Assembly: GCA_963722075.1 (NCBI GenBank)
Contig: CAVRJM010000001.1
Span: forward strand, 544,001-608,000
Origin: Candidatus Babeliales bacterium
Lineage (GTDB): Bacteria; Babelota; Babeliae; Babelales; JANWKD01
Length of the DNA stretch: 64,000 nt
Direction: 5' to 3'
The position numbers and the translations under genes are program-made. Below the pieces are notes generated by a model. It saw only the letters and a program-made list of their open reading frames with translations. It had not been told where the DNA came from and made no database searches. Positions 20,104 through 30,005 of this stretch are shown here, piece by piece; the first letter of the stretch is position 1, and each line of letters begins with the position of its first letter.

Positions 20104-20718
20104 ATGATTAAAATAAAAAAACTTATTTTTTTACTATTGCTTATAAATACATCTCACCTCAATTCGATGCACATAAGTGATTTGTGGCAAGAATCTGCTT
20201 CTGCAAAAAAGATTTTTGCTTTATCAGTAGCTTCTATACTTGGTTATAATATGCTTCATAGATTCATAAGCTATCACCTCAGCCCATTTTATATTAAGAA
20301 TAAAACGGTAATTCAGAACTTAAGCAATGTTGAGGCAGCAATCGAAGGCTTCCAAGATGCATCGCGACCAAGTCTGCTTATCGGCGCCCTTATAGTCGGT
20401 GCTTCACGCATAGGTTCTCTGCCTAAACTAGAATGGGCTGATTTAATTAAACCCGGCCTTGCTACGCTAGGAATTATAACAGTATTTTCCTTATTTGATG
20501 GCTATCGAAAAGCACTATATTACGATCATGAAGAAATGGTTAATGGAAGGACTGGAAAGATGAAGACATCGCTCATCAATAAGGGGCCCGAACAATCTAA
20601 GAGATTCGTTGCGTCTGCTTTTGCTAATGACTCGAAGCAATTTTGGGGAACCATAGCGGCTATAGGATTACCTCTTGGCTTTATTACTATGCGTTATATG
20701 AAAAGTAGGAATGCTTAA
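20104..20718 (+). CDS. Exported multi-TM hypothetical protein
   Basis: Signal peptide ending HLNS then Met; several hydrophobic segments. Confidence 0.75.
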   Translation: MIKIKKLIFLLLLINTSHLNSMHISDLWQESASAKKIFALSVASILGYNMLHRFISYHLSPFYIKNKTVIQNLSNVEAAIEGFQDASRPSLLIGALIVGASRIGSLPKLEWADLIKPGLATLGIITVFSLFDGYRKALYYDHEEMVNGRTGKMKTSLINKGPEQSKRFVASAFANDSKQFWGTIAAIGLPLGFITMRYMKSRNA

Positions 20719-20732
20719 TAAAGGAGAGATGC

Positions 20733-21770
20733 ATGCATCTCATTTTTGTTCTTTATGACAGCATAACTAATTCAATTTTCGATAGTCAGATTGCAATTCC
20801 CTTACTGCAGCGTAAGCAGCAAAATCCCCTTCTAACTATCACGATTATTAGTTTTGAAAAAAAAATTAATGCGCATTCGTATAAAGCAATAACTGATAAA
20901 TACCCGCAGCTGCAATTTGTGTTTTTAAAAAAACAGCTCTTTATTACGCCATTCTTTTTATTTTCTGCCATTCAGCAATTAAAAAAAATATTGGCTTCTT
21001 TTTCTAACTATCAGCTCATAGCGCGCGGGCCGCTTGCTGGCTTTCTTTGTCTAAAAGCTATTAACCCAAAAAAACGCACACCATTAATTATTCAAGCACG
21101 GGGATTATTATATGAAGAATATAACTATGTTCATCAAGACACCAAAAATAAACTGCTGCAATTAATTCACTCGTGGCGAGCACATCAATATAAAAAAATA
21201 GAACAGTACGTTTATTCACACAAAAAAAAACAAACGTACGCCATAGAAGCAGTCAGTATTGCACTGAAAGAACATCTTATTGCCACCTACCATGCGTGTC
21301 CCGACGCTATTACCATTGCAGAACACGATATCCCAACTACCATACCAGCATCACAACTCCGATCCTGGCGAACTGAAATCAGACATCAACTACAATTATC
21401 GGATGATATCATCGTTTATTGTTATAATGGATCGCTACGAGCATGGCAATGCCCACAACAAACCATTGAGTTTTTTTATAATCAGTTGCAAAAAAATAAG
21501 AATATTTTTTTATTAGTACTCACGCAGGATGCCAAATCTTTCCAGCAATTATTACAACAAAAAGATATAGATGCTGCTTTTTACAAAGTACTCAATGTAC
21601 CTCATCAGGAGATTTACCAGTATTTAGCTGCTGCCGATAGCGGACTTATTTTTAGAGAACAGCATATACTTAATTGGGTTTCTCGTCCTACCAAGATTCT
21701 TGAATACCAAGCAGTAGGGCTTCCTATTATTCACAATAATACGATTGCTATGATTACAGAAACAAATTAA
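20733..21770 (+). CDS. Glycosyltransferase, GT-B fold (family 4-like)
   Basis: YNGSL..WQ, VPHQEIYQYLAAADSG, PTKILEY.AVGLPII. Confidence 0.85.
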   Translation: MHLIFVLYDSITNSIFDSQIAIPLLQRKQQNPLLTITIISFEKKINAHSYKAITDKYPQLQFVFLKKQLFITPFFLFSAIQQLKKILASFSNYQLIARGPLAGFLCLKAINPKKRTPLIIQARGLLYEEYNYVHQDTKNKLLQLIHSWRAHQYKKIEQYVYSHKKKQTYAIEAVSIALKEHLIATYHACPDAITIAEHDIPTTIPASQLRSWRTEIRHQLQLSDDIIVYCYNGSLRAWQCPQQTIEFFYNQLQKNKNIFLLVLTQDAKSFQQLLQQKDIDAAFYKVLNVPHQEIYQYLAAADSGLIFREQHILNWVSRPTKILEYQAVGLPIIHNNTIAMITETN

Positions 21771-21818
21771 TGGATCCACACGCCAGCTCGGGATGACAGC
21801 TTTGAATCAAAGCTGTCA
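21771..21818. repeat. RPE-like unit plus 25-bp palindrome between convergent genes
   Basis: TGGATCCACACG..CTCGGGATGACA; TGACAGCTTTGA-A-TCAAAGCTGTCA overlaps nupC stop. Confidence 0.7.
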
Positions 21819-23078
21819 AATTAACAACCCAACAATCATAGCTGAGAGAAGATTTGATAACGATCCTCCCAAGACTGCTAATAATCCCAATTCAGTAAGC
21901 CAATGACGTTTTTCAGGAACCAATGACCCAATACCGCCAATTTGTATACCAATACAGGAAAAGTTAGAAAAGCCACATAATGCATACGTAAGTAATGCGG
22001 AAGTACGCTCAGAAAAGTTACTTGCCACCATATGACCATACGCAATAAGCTCATTAATGGTGACCTTAATACCAAGCAAGCTCCCCACTTTGAATGCTTC
22101 TTCACCGGTAAAACCAAGCAGATACCCAAACGGCGCAAAAAGCCATGAGAAAATGTACTTAAGATTAATAAGTGGCAATGCAAATGCATAGCCCCATTGT
22201 GAAAGCAATGAATTTGCTTGTGTTGAAGAATATTCAAGTAAATAGTTAAAAAGCGCGATTAATGAGATAAATGAAATTAACATAGCACCAACATTAAGTG
22301 CCAAAAAGAGGCCGTCAGTTGTTCCGGTTGAAACAGCATCAAGCATATTAGTTGCCGGGCTTGCAGCGGCCGTAGCGCCGTGTGCCGTTTCAGGCTGTTC
22401 CGTTTCAGGGTATAAAATTTTTGCAATTAAAATAGTTCCGGGGATAGCCATCACACTTGCCGTTAATAAATGTACCGCCGGTACTCCCATTGCTACAAAC
22501 ACCATCAATATTGCACCGCTAATGGTTCCCATACCGCTTACCATAACTACCAGCATTTCCGATTTGGTCATATTTTTTAAATAGTTACGAATCAATAAGG
22601 GCGCTTCTGTTTGCCCTAAGAAACTATTAGCAATGGTACATAACGTTTCAGCTCCAGAAGTTCCAAGCAATGGTCTCATAACGATACTAATAGCACCAAC
22701 GCATCGTTGCACCAAGCCTACATAAAATAATAATGACATTAAGGCCCCAAAAAAAATAATAATAGGAAGCACCTTAAAGGCAAAAATAAAGGCCCATGAG
22801 CCAGTGGCATTGGTTAAATTACCAAATAAAAACCGCGCACCTTCATCAGCGCATACATAAACTTTATTAATAGCATTTGCAACTGATTGCACTAATCTTA
22901 TACCCACGGTTGTCTTCAACATAAAAAAAGCAAGCAGACCCTCTAGGCACAGTGCGTTACAAACTAATCGATAATTTATCGCTTTACGATTACGTGAAAG
23001 GAGAAATGCAAGAAAAAGAATTACAAAAATACCAATGACATTACAAAAACGGTTATATTCAAGTAAATAAGAAATCAT
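21816..23078 (-). CDS. nupC: Concentrative nucleoside transporter (CNT/NupC family)
   Basis: FAFKVLPIIIFF, GTSGAE, FLGQTEAPL, NVGAMLISF, NELIAY, YALCGFSNFS.IGIQIGG. Confidence 0.93.
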   Translation of the reverse strand: MISYLLEYNRFCNVIGIFVILFLAFLLSRNRKAINYRLVCNALCLEGLLAFFMLKTTVGIRLVQSVANAINKVYVCADEGARFLFGNLTNATGSWAFIFAFKVLPIIIFFGALMSLLFYVGLVQRCVGAISIVMRPLLGTSGAETLCTIANSFLGQTEAPLLIRNYLKNMTKSEMLVVMVSGMGTISGAILMVFVAMGVPAVHLLTASVMAIPGTILIAKILYPETEQPETAHGATAAASPATNMLDAVSTGTTDGLFLALNVGAMLISFISLIALFNYLLEYSSTQANSLLSQWGYAFALPLINLKYIFSWLFAPFGYLLGFTGEEAFKVGSLLGIKVTINELIAYGHMVASNFSERTSALLTYALCGFSNFSCIGIQIGGIGSLVPEKRHWLTELGLLAVLGGSLSNLLSAMIVGLLI

Positions 23079-23099
23079 GAAAATCCTTTTATGTTTCAG

Positions 23100-24185
23100 T
23101 TATGATGAAAGTAAAGATGCAAATAATGCGGTGTCTTTTTTTCGAGCTTGACGACCATGGACTATAAGGGCAGTAATAATTTCATCCAAATCCCCTTCCA
23201 TGACCATATCTAATTTTTTAAGAGTTACATCAACTTGATGGTCGGTAATTCTATTTTGTGGATAATTATAGGTACGTACTTTTTCAGAACGCATACCAGC
23301 GCCTACCATTTCTTTTCTTTTTTGACTTAATTCTGCTTCATGTTTTTCTTGTTGCGCAGCAATGAGCCGTGCCTGCAAAATCTTCATCGCTTTTGCACGA
23401 TTTTTATGTTGCGAACGTTCATCTTGACATGCTACCACAATACCGGAGGGAATATGGGTAATACGTATGGCAGAATCAGTTTTATTGACATGCTGCCCGC
23501 CCGCGCCGCCTGCTCGATAGGTATCAATACGTAAATCAGCCGGATTAATCGCAATATCAACTTCTTCACCTTCAGGCAGTACCGCGACCGTTGCTGTGGA
23601 GGTATGAATTCGGCCTGAGGTTTCGGTTTTAGGAACCCGCTGTACTCTATGTACCCCAGCTTCATACTTAAGATGGCCATACACATTTTTACCCTGAATA
23701 TGAAGAATTCCTTCTCGGATTCCCCCTAAATCAGTAGAACTTGAATCAACCAATGAAACCTGCCATCCCTTTGATAAGCCATAATTGGTGTACATTTTAA
23801 GCATATCAGCAGCAAAAAGAGCTGCTTCTTGCCCCCCCGTACCTGCTCGTATTTCTAAGAACACTGAGCTATTATCAAGGGGATCTTGCGGATACAAAAG
23901 CTCTTCCAGTTCATTACTGGCCTTAATAAGCCGCTCTTCTATATCGGTAATTTCTGCCGTATACAATTCAATTAAAGAAGGATCTGTGTGGGCGCCAAGC
24001 TGCGCTTTTAAATCAGTAAGCTCTTTTTGTAACACTACAATAGATGTATGTTTTTCTAAGAGGTTTTTTAAGACGCTATGTTCTTTTTGAACTTCTTGCC
24101 GTTGCATGGTATCCAGATTTGGCTGTACCATTTTTTTTTCTAACTCATTTATACGAGCTTCAACAGAATCCCACTGAATGTTCAT
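23100..24185 (-). CDS. prfA: Peptide chain release factor 1
   Basis: EIRAGTGG.EAALFA, HRVQRVPKTE (PxT), GAGGQHVNKTDSA, RTYNYPQNR. Confidence 0.97.
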   Translation of the reverse strand: MNIQWDSVEARINELEKKMVQPNLDTMQRQEVQKEHSVLKNLLEKHTSIVVLQKELTDLKAQLGAHTDPSLIELYTAEITDIEERLIKASNELEELLYPQDPLDNSSVFLEIRAGTGGQEAALFAADMLKMYTNYGLSKGWQVSLVDSSSTDLGGIREGILHIQGKNVYGHLKYEAGVHRVQRVPKTETSGRIHTSTATVAVLPEGEEVDIAINPADLRIDTYRAGGAGGQHVNKTDSAIRITHIPSGIVVACQDERSQHKNRAKAMKILQARLIAAQQEKHEAELSQKRKEMVGAGMRSEKVRTYNYPQNRITDHQVDVTLKKLDMVMEGDLDEIITALIVHGRQARKKDTALFASLLSS

Positions 24186-24195
24186 ATATACTTTT

Positions 24196-24408
24196 TTAAG
24201 CCTTTTTTAAGCTTTTCTTGAATCGTTTTTCAAACTTTTCAATACGTCCTGCTGTATCAACAAATTTTTGTTCGCCCGTAAAAAAAGGATGGCAAGAAGA
24301 GCAAATGGTAACGCGTAGTTCAGGCAATGTTGAATGGGTAGCAAAGCTATTACCACAAGCACAGTGAGCTGTAATCTCATGAATTTCAGGATGAATAGAT
24401 GATTTCAT
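24196..24408 (-). CDS. rpmE: 50S ribosomal protein L31 (Zn-binding type)
   Basis: [28 protein letters not shown]. Confidence 0.97.
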   Translation of the reverse strand: MKSSIHPEIHEITAHCACGNSFATHSTLPELRVTICSSCHPFFTGEQKFVDTAGRIEKFEKRFKKSLKKA

Positions 24409-24653
24409 AAAACTCCTTATATTCTATTTATTTATAATTGGAATGGTTTCTATTAGTATTGCCTAAATCCTCATTCTTGTAAAGATTAAGACCCTATAAA
24501 ACACCTAGGCAAATCGCCTTAGATAATATAAGATAGCAGATTTTAAAATATTTTCAAGTAGTAATTTTTATTGATTTATTTCCCTATAAATTGGTATTCT
24601 TATATAAAGAATAAGTTATAAGCGATAAATAGGTATAAAGGGGGAGTTTATTA

Positions 24654-25619
24654 ATGAATAAAAGAATTATATTGTTACTTACCACTTTTTTCAGTGCCCC
24701 AGTTTTTGGGCTTTCTGATTGTAGTAAAACTACTCAAGAATTGATAACTAAGGCAACTCCGGCACGTATGCAACAAGTTATTGATTCATATAAAAATGCC
24801 GTTTTTGGCATGGGGAATGATTCACTCATAAAAGCTGGCTATGATGAAAAAGCATTTGAGACCTGGGAAGATCTTTTAGAATGTGCTCATGAATGGATTA
24901 AAGAACAAGTCAACCAAAAAAAATCACCTGCTCATTATAAAACAGCTATTACTAATTTAAGAATGGTTAACGAATTTCTTAAAATTAAAATACCGCAACT
25001 CAAAACAAAATATGCTTTAATCATTGAAAAAAAGAATAAGAAAACAGGAACCATTGATATTGATGCTAATAAATTAAAGATATTCTCTTCTATCGATGTA
25101 GCACAATTAGCTGACCTTGAAAAAAATTTAGAAAAATATAGCGGCCTTGCTAATACTATTAATGCTACCGCACTTAGTACCATTTTAAACAATACACCGG
25201 TCCCAACTTCATGGACCGGCAATATAGAAAAAAATCCCGCTAAAATATTACCCAATTATCAAACGTTTTTCAAAAGTTATAGTAATATAAAAACAGCTCT
25301 TAATCATGACCCGGATAAATTTCTTTACTTTTTACAAACACAAAACATCCCGCTTCATGACTCAATTGATGCTGCGATTGTTATGGAACAAATGGAGCAA
25401 TTTATTTTTATTAAGAAAAATGCAAAAGAAGCGCAAGAAGTTTTAAATCGCATACGAGAAATATACCCGAAAATTTTAAGTAATAAAGAAGTTGGGCAAT
25501 TAGTTGCCACACAGGATAAAGCTTCAATGATTATTTATAGTGAAGCAGAAGTATTGGCACTTATTTGTGATCGATTACTGCAAGAAGTTCACCAACTTGT
25601 TCAGGCAATGAAGAAGTAA
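24654..25619 (+). CDS. Exported hypothetical protein (paralog of next gene)
   Basis: Signal peptide; TPVPTSW..PNYQTFFKSYS motif. Confidence 0.8.
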   Translation: MNKRIILLLTTFFSAPVFGLSDCSKTTQELITKATPARMQQVIDSYKNAVFGMGNDSLIKAGYDEKAFETWEDLLECAHEWIKEQVNQKKSPAHYKTAITNLRMVNEFLKIKIPQLKTKYALIIEKKNKKTGTIDIDANKLKIFSSIDVAQLADLEKNLEKYSGLANTINATALSTILNNTPVPTSWTGNIEKNPAKILPNYQTFFKSYSNIKTALNHDPDKFLYFLQTQNIPLHDSIDAAIVMEQMEQFIFIKKNAKEAQEVLNRIREIYPKILSNKEVGQLVATQDKASMIIYSEAEVLALICDRLLQEVHQLVQAMKK

Positions 25620-25629
25620 TGGTGATTTT

Positions 25630-26535
25630 ATGAAAAGATTATTAATTTTATTATTATTTACCGCCATCTTTGGTCAAAGTTACTCCGTTGCTCCCTTTGG
25701 CTCTTGTAGTAAAGATATTTATGCAGGAACCCTTAAACAAAATGCTGAAGATCTTATTAGACGGCTGAATACCGAATCTGTTCGCACATTTGCGGTAGAT
25801 TCATATATTAATGAAGAAATTAATAAAATAAAATTTATTAGTTGGGTAAATTCACTTGCCTGTTATTACGAACTCGCACAAAACACCAAAAAAAATAATC
25901 AATACATGTTATATATTCTTACTCGTTATTACACCATTGCCACAGCAATTTATAGCGCAGCAAACGCAATTTACAAAAAAAATACACTCAAATTAGAAGA
26001 AAAAAACAATCTCAAAAAAACATTGGAAACTATAGACACCGAGCTTAAATCCTATAGTTTGGAAACTTATGAGATTCTTAGACAGACGGAACTACCATCC
26101 GCATGGAAAAAAACAGTCCCTAAGAAATTAGAAGAAGCTTTTCCCAATTATGGAACTTTCTTCAAAAGCTATTCACTCGGTAAAGAATCAGTCAATAAAT
26201 CTTTTTCAAATGTTGAGTTTGAAGCTTTTTTAAAAATAAATGGGATATCAATTACTAAACATGGCCTTGAAGACCTTTTAAATCAACTTGAAAAGTTTAT
26301 TTATCGTTTAAAAGAAACTTGGTTTAAAAATGAAGTCCAACTCGCGCTTATTAAGGAAGCTGAAGAAATTGAAAAACGTATCATAACTCAATATTCAAAC
26401 TTTAGCTTTATTACCGGATCATTTCGCCAGCAAATAAGCAAAAGTTCTGATAAAATCAATTTAATAATATTCTTTATTGCTGATATTTATAGAGGAATAA
26501 TTCAAAAATTATTAAAAAATATTAATAGTTTATAA
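25630..26535 (+). CDS. Exported hypothetical protein (paralog of previous gene)
   Basis: Signal peptide; TELPSAW..PNYGTFFKSYS motif. Confidence 0.8.
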   Translation: MKRLLILLLFTAIFGQSYSVAPFGSCSKDIYAGTLKQNAEDLIRRLNTESVRTFAVDSYINEEINKIKFISWVNSLACYYELAQNTKKNNQYMLYILTRYYTIATAIYSAANAIYKKNTLKLEEKNNLKKTLETIDTELKSYSLETYEILRQTELPSAWKKTVPKKLEEAFPNYGTFFKSYSLGKESVNKSFSNVEFEAFLKINGISITKHGLEDLLNQLEKFIYRLKETWFKNEVQLALIKEAEEIEKRIITQYSNFSFITGSFRQQISKSSDKINLIIFFIADIYRGIIQKLLKNINSL

Positions 26536-26550
26536 ATAAGGGAGATACCA

Positions 26551-26847
26551 ATGAAAAACGTTACTAAATTAGTTATATGTTCATTACTTGCCTATGGTCA
26601 ATTATATGCGGCTGCCGAACTTGATACCCACAATGAACCTCTCGCCAATAAAGCAGAATGTGTTCAATGGAAGAAAAATATTGATAGTAAGAAAAAACTT
26701 ATTACTAAATATCAACAAAAGCTAACGAACACTGTCGATAAAAAAAGTAGACAAGATTTGCACAAAAAGATTCAAACTCATATTGACCAACAAAGTAATA
26801 TTGAGCACAATTTTGGCCAAGAGTGCTCAAAATATAACATAAAATAA
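26551..26847 (+). CDS. Small exported coiled-coil protein
   Basis: GGGAG RBS, signal peptide ending LYA, two Cys flanking a helical hairpin. Confidence 0.7.
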   Translation: MKNVTKLVICSLLAYGQLYAAAELDTHNEPLANKAECVQWKKNIDSKKKLITKYQQKLTNTVDKKSRQDLHKKIQTHIDQQSNIEHNFGQECSKYNIK

Positions 26848-26852
26848 TATTT

Positions 26853-27071
26853 TTATTTTTTTGGCAATCGCCGCAAGGCCGAACCTTTATGCATAGCTAA
26901 ATGCTCTGTCTTATCACTTTTAATAAGATATTGAGGCTCTTCTTTGCTTGCATGTACGGTATACCCTTTAAAAATGATGGGTGCGGTAATTTTTTTCTTT
27001 ATAACGCCTCGCACCATTCCCGCTTCTGAATTCCATTCAACATGATCACCTATTTTAAAATCTTTGGCCAT
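26853..27071 (-). CDS. DUF2945 / HVA1 TUDOR-like protein
   Basis: FKIGDHVEWNSEAG.VRG..., HAS.EEPQY.IKSDKT.H.AMHKGSAL. Confidence 0.88.
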   Translation of the reverse strand: MAKDFKIGDHVEWNSEAGMVRGVIKKKITAPIIFKGYTVHASKEEPQYLIKSDKTEHLAMHKGSALRRLPKK

Positions 27072-27189
27072 ATTACCTCTTTTTGGCGGTTATAATCTCG
27101 TTCCCTTCTTAATACTAATAACTAAACTTCTCTTAAATGAAGATCTGGTCAAATTTACTAAGAGCTTGAGATTAAAATTTAATTTTAGC

Positions 27190-27444
27190 CTGGATCCCCA
27201 CGCTACGCTCGGGACGACGGTATTCGAAAACAAAAGAGCGTCGTTGCGAGCCTGCGAAGCAATCCAGACTAAAGTAAATAAAATGGAACCTGTAAAAATG
27301 ATAAATATGCTTATTTATTTGTCACTACGAAAGATCTTCCCCTTCTTTCAAATCAGTAGGAAACAATTCACTAATCTATTACACTATCCTTCATCGATAG
27401 CCATAATTAATAAAACCTGGATTGCTTCGTATACTCGCAACGAC
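27190..27444. repeat. Cluster of three RPE-like units (27190-27219, 27239-27267, 27417-27444)
   Basis: GTCGTTGCGAG..CGAAGCAATCCAG is the inverse of CTGGATTGCTTCG..CTCGCAACGAC about 150 bp downstream. Confidence 0.85.
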
Positions 27445-27472
27445 AGCATATTTCAAAGGAATAAATCTTTTA

Positions 27473-27518
27473 TTGACTAATGCTGTTGCCACGTGCTATC
27501 ATGATAGAACAATAGAAC
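27473..27518 (+). promoter_or_regulatory. Promoter with overlapping palindromic operator
   Basis: TTGACT-18nt-TATCAT (TG extension); perfect palindrome CTATCATGATAG at 27496-27507; ATAGAAC repeated at 8-bp spacing. Confidence 0.6.
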
Positions 27519-27538
27519 GCATTAAAAGGGTAAGATAA

Positions 27539-27898
27539 ATGAAAAAAAATAATAGTATAGATTCCATAGAAGAACTCTATGAGGCACTTCTTTTAATAAA
27601 AAACAAACAAGAAATGGCACGTTTTATGAAAGATTTATGTACCCCACAGGAAATTTCTACCTTAGCTGAGCGCTGGCGCGTTTGCAAACTGCTTAATGAA
27701 GGAACTCTTTCGTATCGAGAAATTAATGAACTTACCGGAGCAAGCCTTGCAACTATTACGCGCGTTGCACGCTTTTTAAAAGATGAACCCCATCAAGGCT
27801 ATACACATATTTTAAAAAAGCTCGCGACAAATGAAAATTTTATAACTGGATCACCACGTCGCTCCGCTCCTCGTGACGACGATGGTTGGAAAAAATAG
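27539..27898 (+). CDS. YerC/YecD family TrpR-like repressor
   Basis: F.KDLCTPQEI..LAERWRV..LL, SYREI...TGASLATITRVARFL. Confidence 0.92.
   Translation: MKKNNSIDSIEELYEALLLIKNKQEMARFMKDLCTPQEISTLAERWRVCKLLNEGTLSYREINELTGASLATITRVARFLKDEPHQGYTHILKKLATNENFITGSPRRSAPRDDDGWKK
27846..27880. repeat. RPE-like unit inside the repressor 3' end
   Basis: CTGGATCACCACG..CTCGTGACGAC, translated as TGSPRRSAPRDD. Confidence 0.8.
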
Positions 27899-27905
27899 GT
27901 TAATT

Positions 27906-28679
27906 ATGAGAAAATTACTCATCACCGCTTTTATTGTAATTGGTATCACCGTGATAACTTATGCATTCTTTAATCGAAACAGAAACGAAAATGATGTTTT
28001 GATAGTAGGAACTGCTGCTGGTTACGCACCATGGGTAAGCATTAATGAATATGGTAATTACGAAGGATTCGATATTGATGTAATGCAAGAAGTGGCAAAA
28101 AAATTACATAAAAAACTCGTTATTAAAGATCTTGGTTCTATGACCTCCCTTTTTATGGCATTAGAACAAGACAGCATTGATGCAATTATCTGGGGGATGT
28201 CTATTACACAAGATCGTTTACAAAAAATAGCAATGGTACGTTATCAAGGTGATACCACTAGTTCATATCCCCTCCTATTTTGGCAACAGATCCCAAACCA
28301 GATACATTCCATTCATGATATGAAGGGAATGACCGTGGCCGTTGAGCCTTCTTCATCACAAGAAAAAGTATTACAAAAATATGAATTTATCACCCCACTC
28401 TCAATGGATAAGGTAGATGATGCCTTACTTTCTATACAATATGCAAAAGCAGATGCTGCATTAGTTGAACCGGCCATTGCTAAAAAATTTAAAAATAAAT
28501 ATCCAAACATCCAGATTCTTGATATTCCTTTGGATCCTCAAGATCAAGTACATGGCGTCGGCATTTGTATTAAAAAAGATAACATATCTTTGATTAATGA
28601 AATTGAAAAAGCTGTTCAAGAACTTAAACAAGAAGGAGTTATTTCAGCACTTGAATCTAAATGGGAGATCGCTTCATGA
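27906..28679 (+). CDS. Polar amino acid ABC transporter substrate-binding protein
   Basis: VGTAAGYAPW, GFDID, GMSITQDR; N-terminal anchor. Confidence 0.92.
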   Translation: MRKLLITAFIVIGITVITYAFFNRNRNENDVLIVGTAAGYAPWVSINEYGNYEGFDIDVMQEVAKKLHKKLVIKDLGSMTSLFMALEQDSIDAIIWGMSITQDRLQKIAMVRYQGDTTSSYPLLFWQQIPNQIHSIHDMKGMTVAVEPSSSQEKVLQKYEFITPLSMDKVDDALLSIQYAKADAALVEPAIAKKFKNKYPNIQILDIPLDPQDQVHGVGICIKKDNISLINEIEKAVQELKQEGVISALESKWEIAS

Positions 28680-29329
28680 CCTGGCAAAATTATAGTAGCC
28701 TTTTTTTACATGGTATTTTTATTACGCTTTCAGCATGGATTATAACCGCTCTTTCAAGTTTAGTAATAGGCACCTGCTTTGGCATTTTAAGTTGTAATCA
28801 TCTGGGTTCAGCATGGATGAAAGCAAGCATTCGAATATATACCTTTATTGCTAAAGGAGTACCCGCATACGTACAGATTTTAATTGCTTATTTTATTCTT
28901 CCATCATTATTAGGCATTTCCTTACCAGGATTTATTGCTGCGTGCGGTGCACTTGCCTTTTGTTCCAGCGGCTATGTTACTGAGATTGTTCGTTCAGGAA
29001 TTAATTCAATACATAAAGGTCAATGGAATGCATGCCTTACCTTAGGATATCCCCTACACGCACAATTGCGTTATATTATACTACCGCAAGCATTTCAACA
29101 TTGCATGGCTGCTTTATTTGGTGAAGGCGAACAATTACTCAAAAGTACTTCATTATTGGCAACCATTGGGATTACTGAATTAACGCGCACGGGGATGAAT
29201 ATAATATCACGCGAACTAAACCCAGTGCCTATTTACTTTTCAATAGCTGCCATTTATTTATTATTTTCAGCATGCTTGCAACTACTATTATTATATTTTG
29301 AAAAAAGGTTTTCCCATGGTCGTCGTTAA
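28676..29329 (+). CDS. Polar amino acid ABC transporter permease
   Basis: KGVP.YVQI, SSGYVTEIVRSGI.SI.KGQW, IILPQAF, LKSTSL. Confidence 0.93.
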   Translation: MTWQNYSSLFLHGIFITLSAWIITALSSLVIGTCFGILSCNHLGSAWMKASIRIYTFIAKGVPAYVQILIAYFILPSLLGISLPGFIAACGALAFCSSGYVTEIVRSGINSIHKGQWNACLTLGYPLHAQLRYIILPQAFQHCMAALFGEGEQLLKSTSLLATIGITELTRTGMNIISRELNPVPIYFSIAAIYLLFSACLQLLLLYFEKRFSHGRR

Positions 29330-29999
29330 AAATCTTACCTTTTGCCGTAATGGAAAAACGATTCTTGATTCTATTTCATGCACCCTACTATCCAAAACAG
29401 TCACCCTTTTTATTGGTAAAAGCGGTGCAGGAAAAACAACGCTGCTTGAATCTATCGCTCATGTAATTAATCCTAATTGCGGGACTATTCTTCTTAATAA
29501 TCAAGAATTAAAAAGTAAAAAGCCTACCGAAATCGGTTTTGTTTTCCAACAATTTAATCTATTTCCTCATTTAACCGTACTTGAAAATTGTACTAACCCA
29601 TTACTAGTGCACGGTGTAGAGCAACAAGCAGCGCAAAAACGGGCGCTTGAACAACTGGAACAGTTTGGCATGGAATCATACGCGCATCAATATCCAGCAT
29701 CATTATCAGGCGGCCAACAACAGCGCGTAGCAATCGCACGCGCCTTATGTTTAAATCCATCAGTATTATTGCTTGATGAGCCAACGGCATCGTTAGACCC
29801 CATTAATACTGAAAATCTCATAATGCTTTTAAAACAGTTAGCACAACACGGATTAACTATTGGCATTTCAAGCCAAGATATGCCATTTGTAAAAGCGATT
29901 TTTGATCGGATTTATTATATTGAAGATGGCAAAATTATTGAATTTTGCGATGATAAAAATTTACTCAATTGCCCACAAACTCAAAAATTTTGCGCTTAA
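29316..29999 (+). CDS. Polar amino acid ABC transporter ATP-binding protein
   Basis: GKSGAGKTT, VFQQFNLFPHLTVLEN, LSGGQQQRVAIARAL, LLLDEPTASLDP. Confidence 0.95.
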   Translation: MVVVKNLTFCRNGKTILDSISCTLLSKTVTLFIGKSGAGKTTLLESIAHVINPNCGTILLNNQELKSKKPTEIGFVFQQFNLFPHLTVLENCTNPLLVHGVEQQAAQKRALEQLEQFGMESYAHQYPASLSGGQQQRVAIARALCLNPSVLLLDEPTASLDPINTENLIMLLKQLAQHGLTIGISSQDMPFVKAIFDRIYYIEDGKIIEFCDDKNLLNCPQTQKFCA

Positions 30000-30005
30000 C
30001 ATCTA

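Noticed and set aside
27064..27480. 138-aa ORF (also 12960-13232)
   Set aside because: Read-through of palindromic repeats and intergenic DNA, no RBS, no coding features
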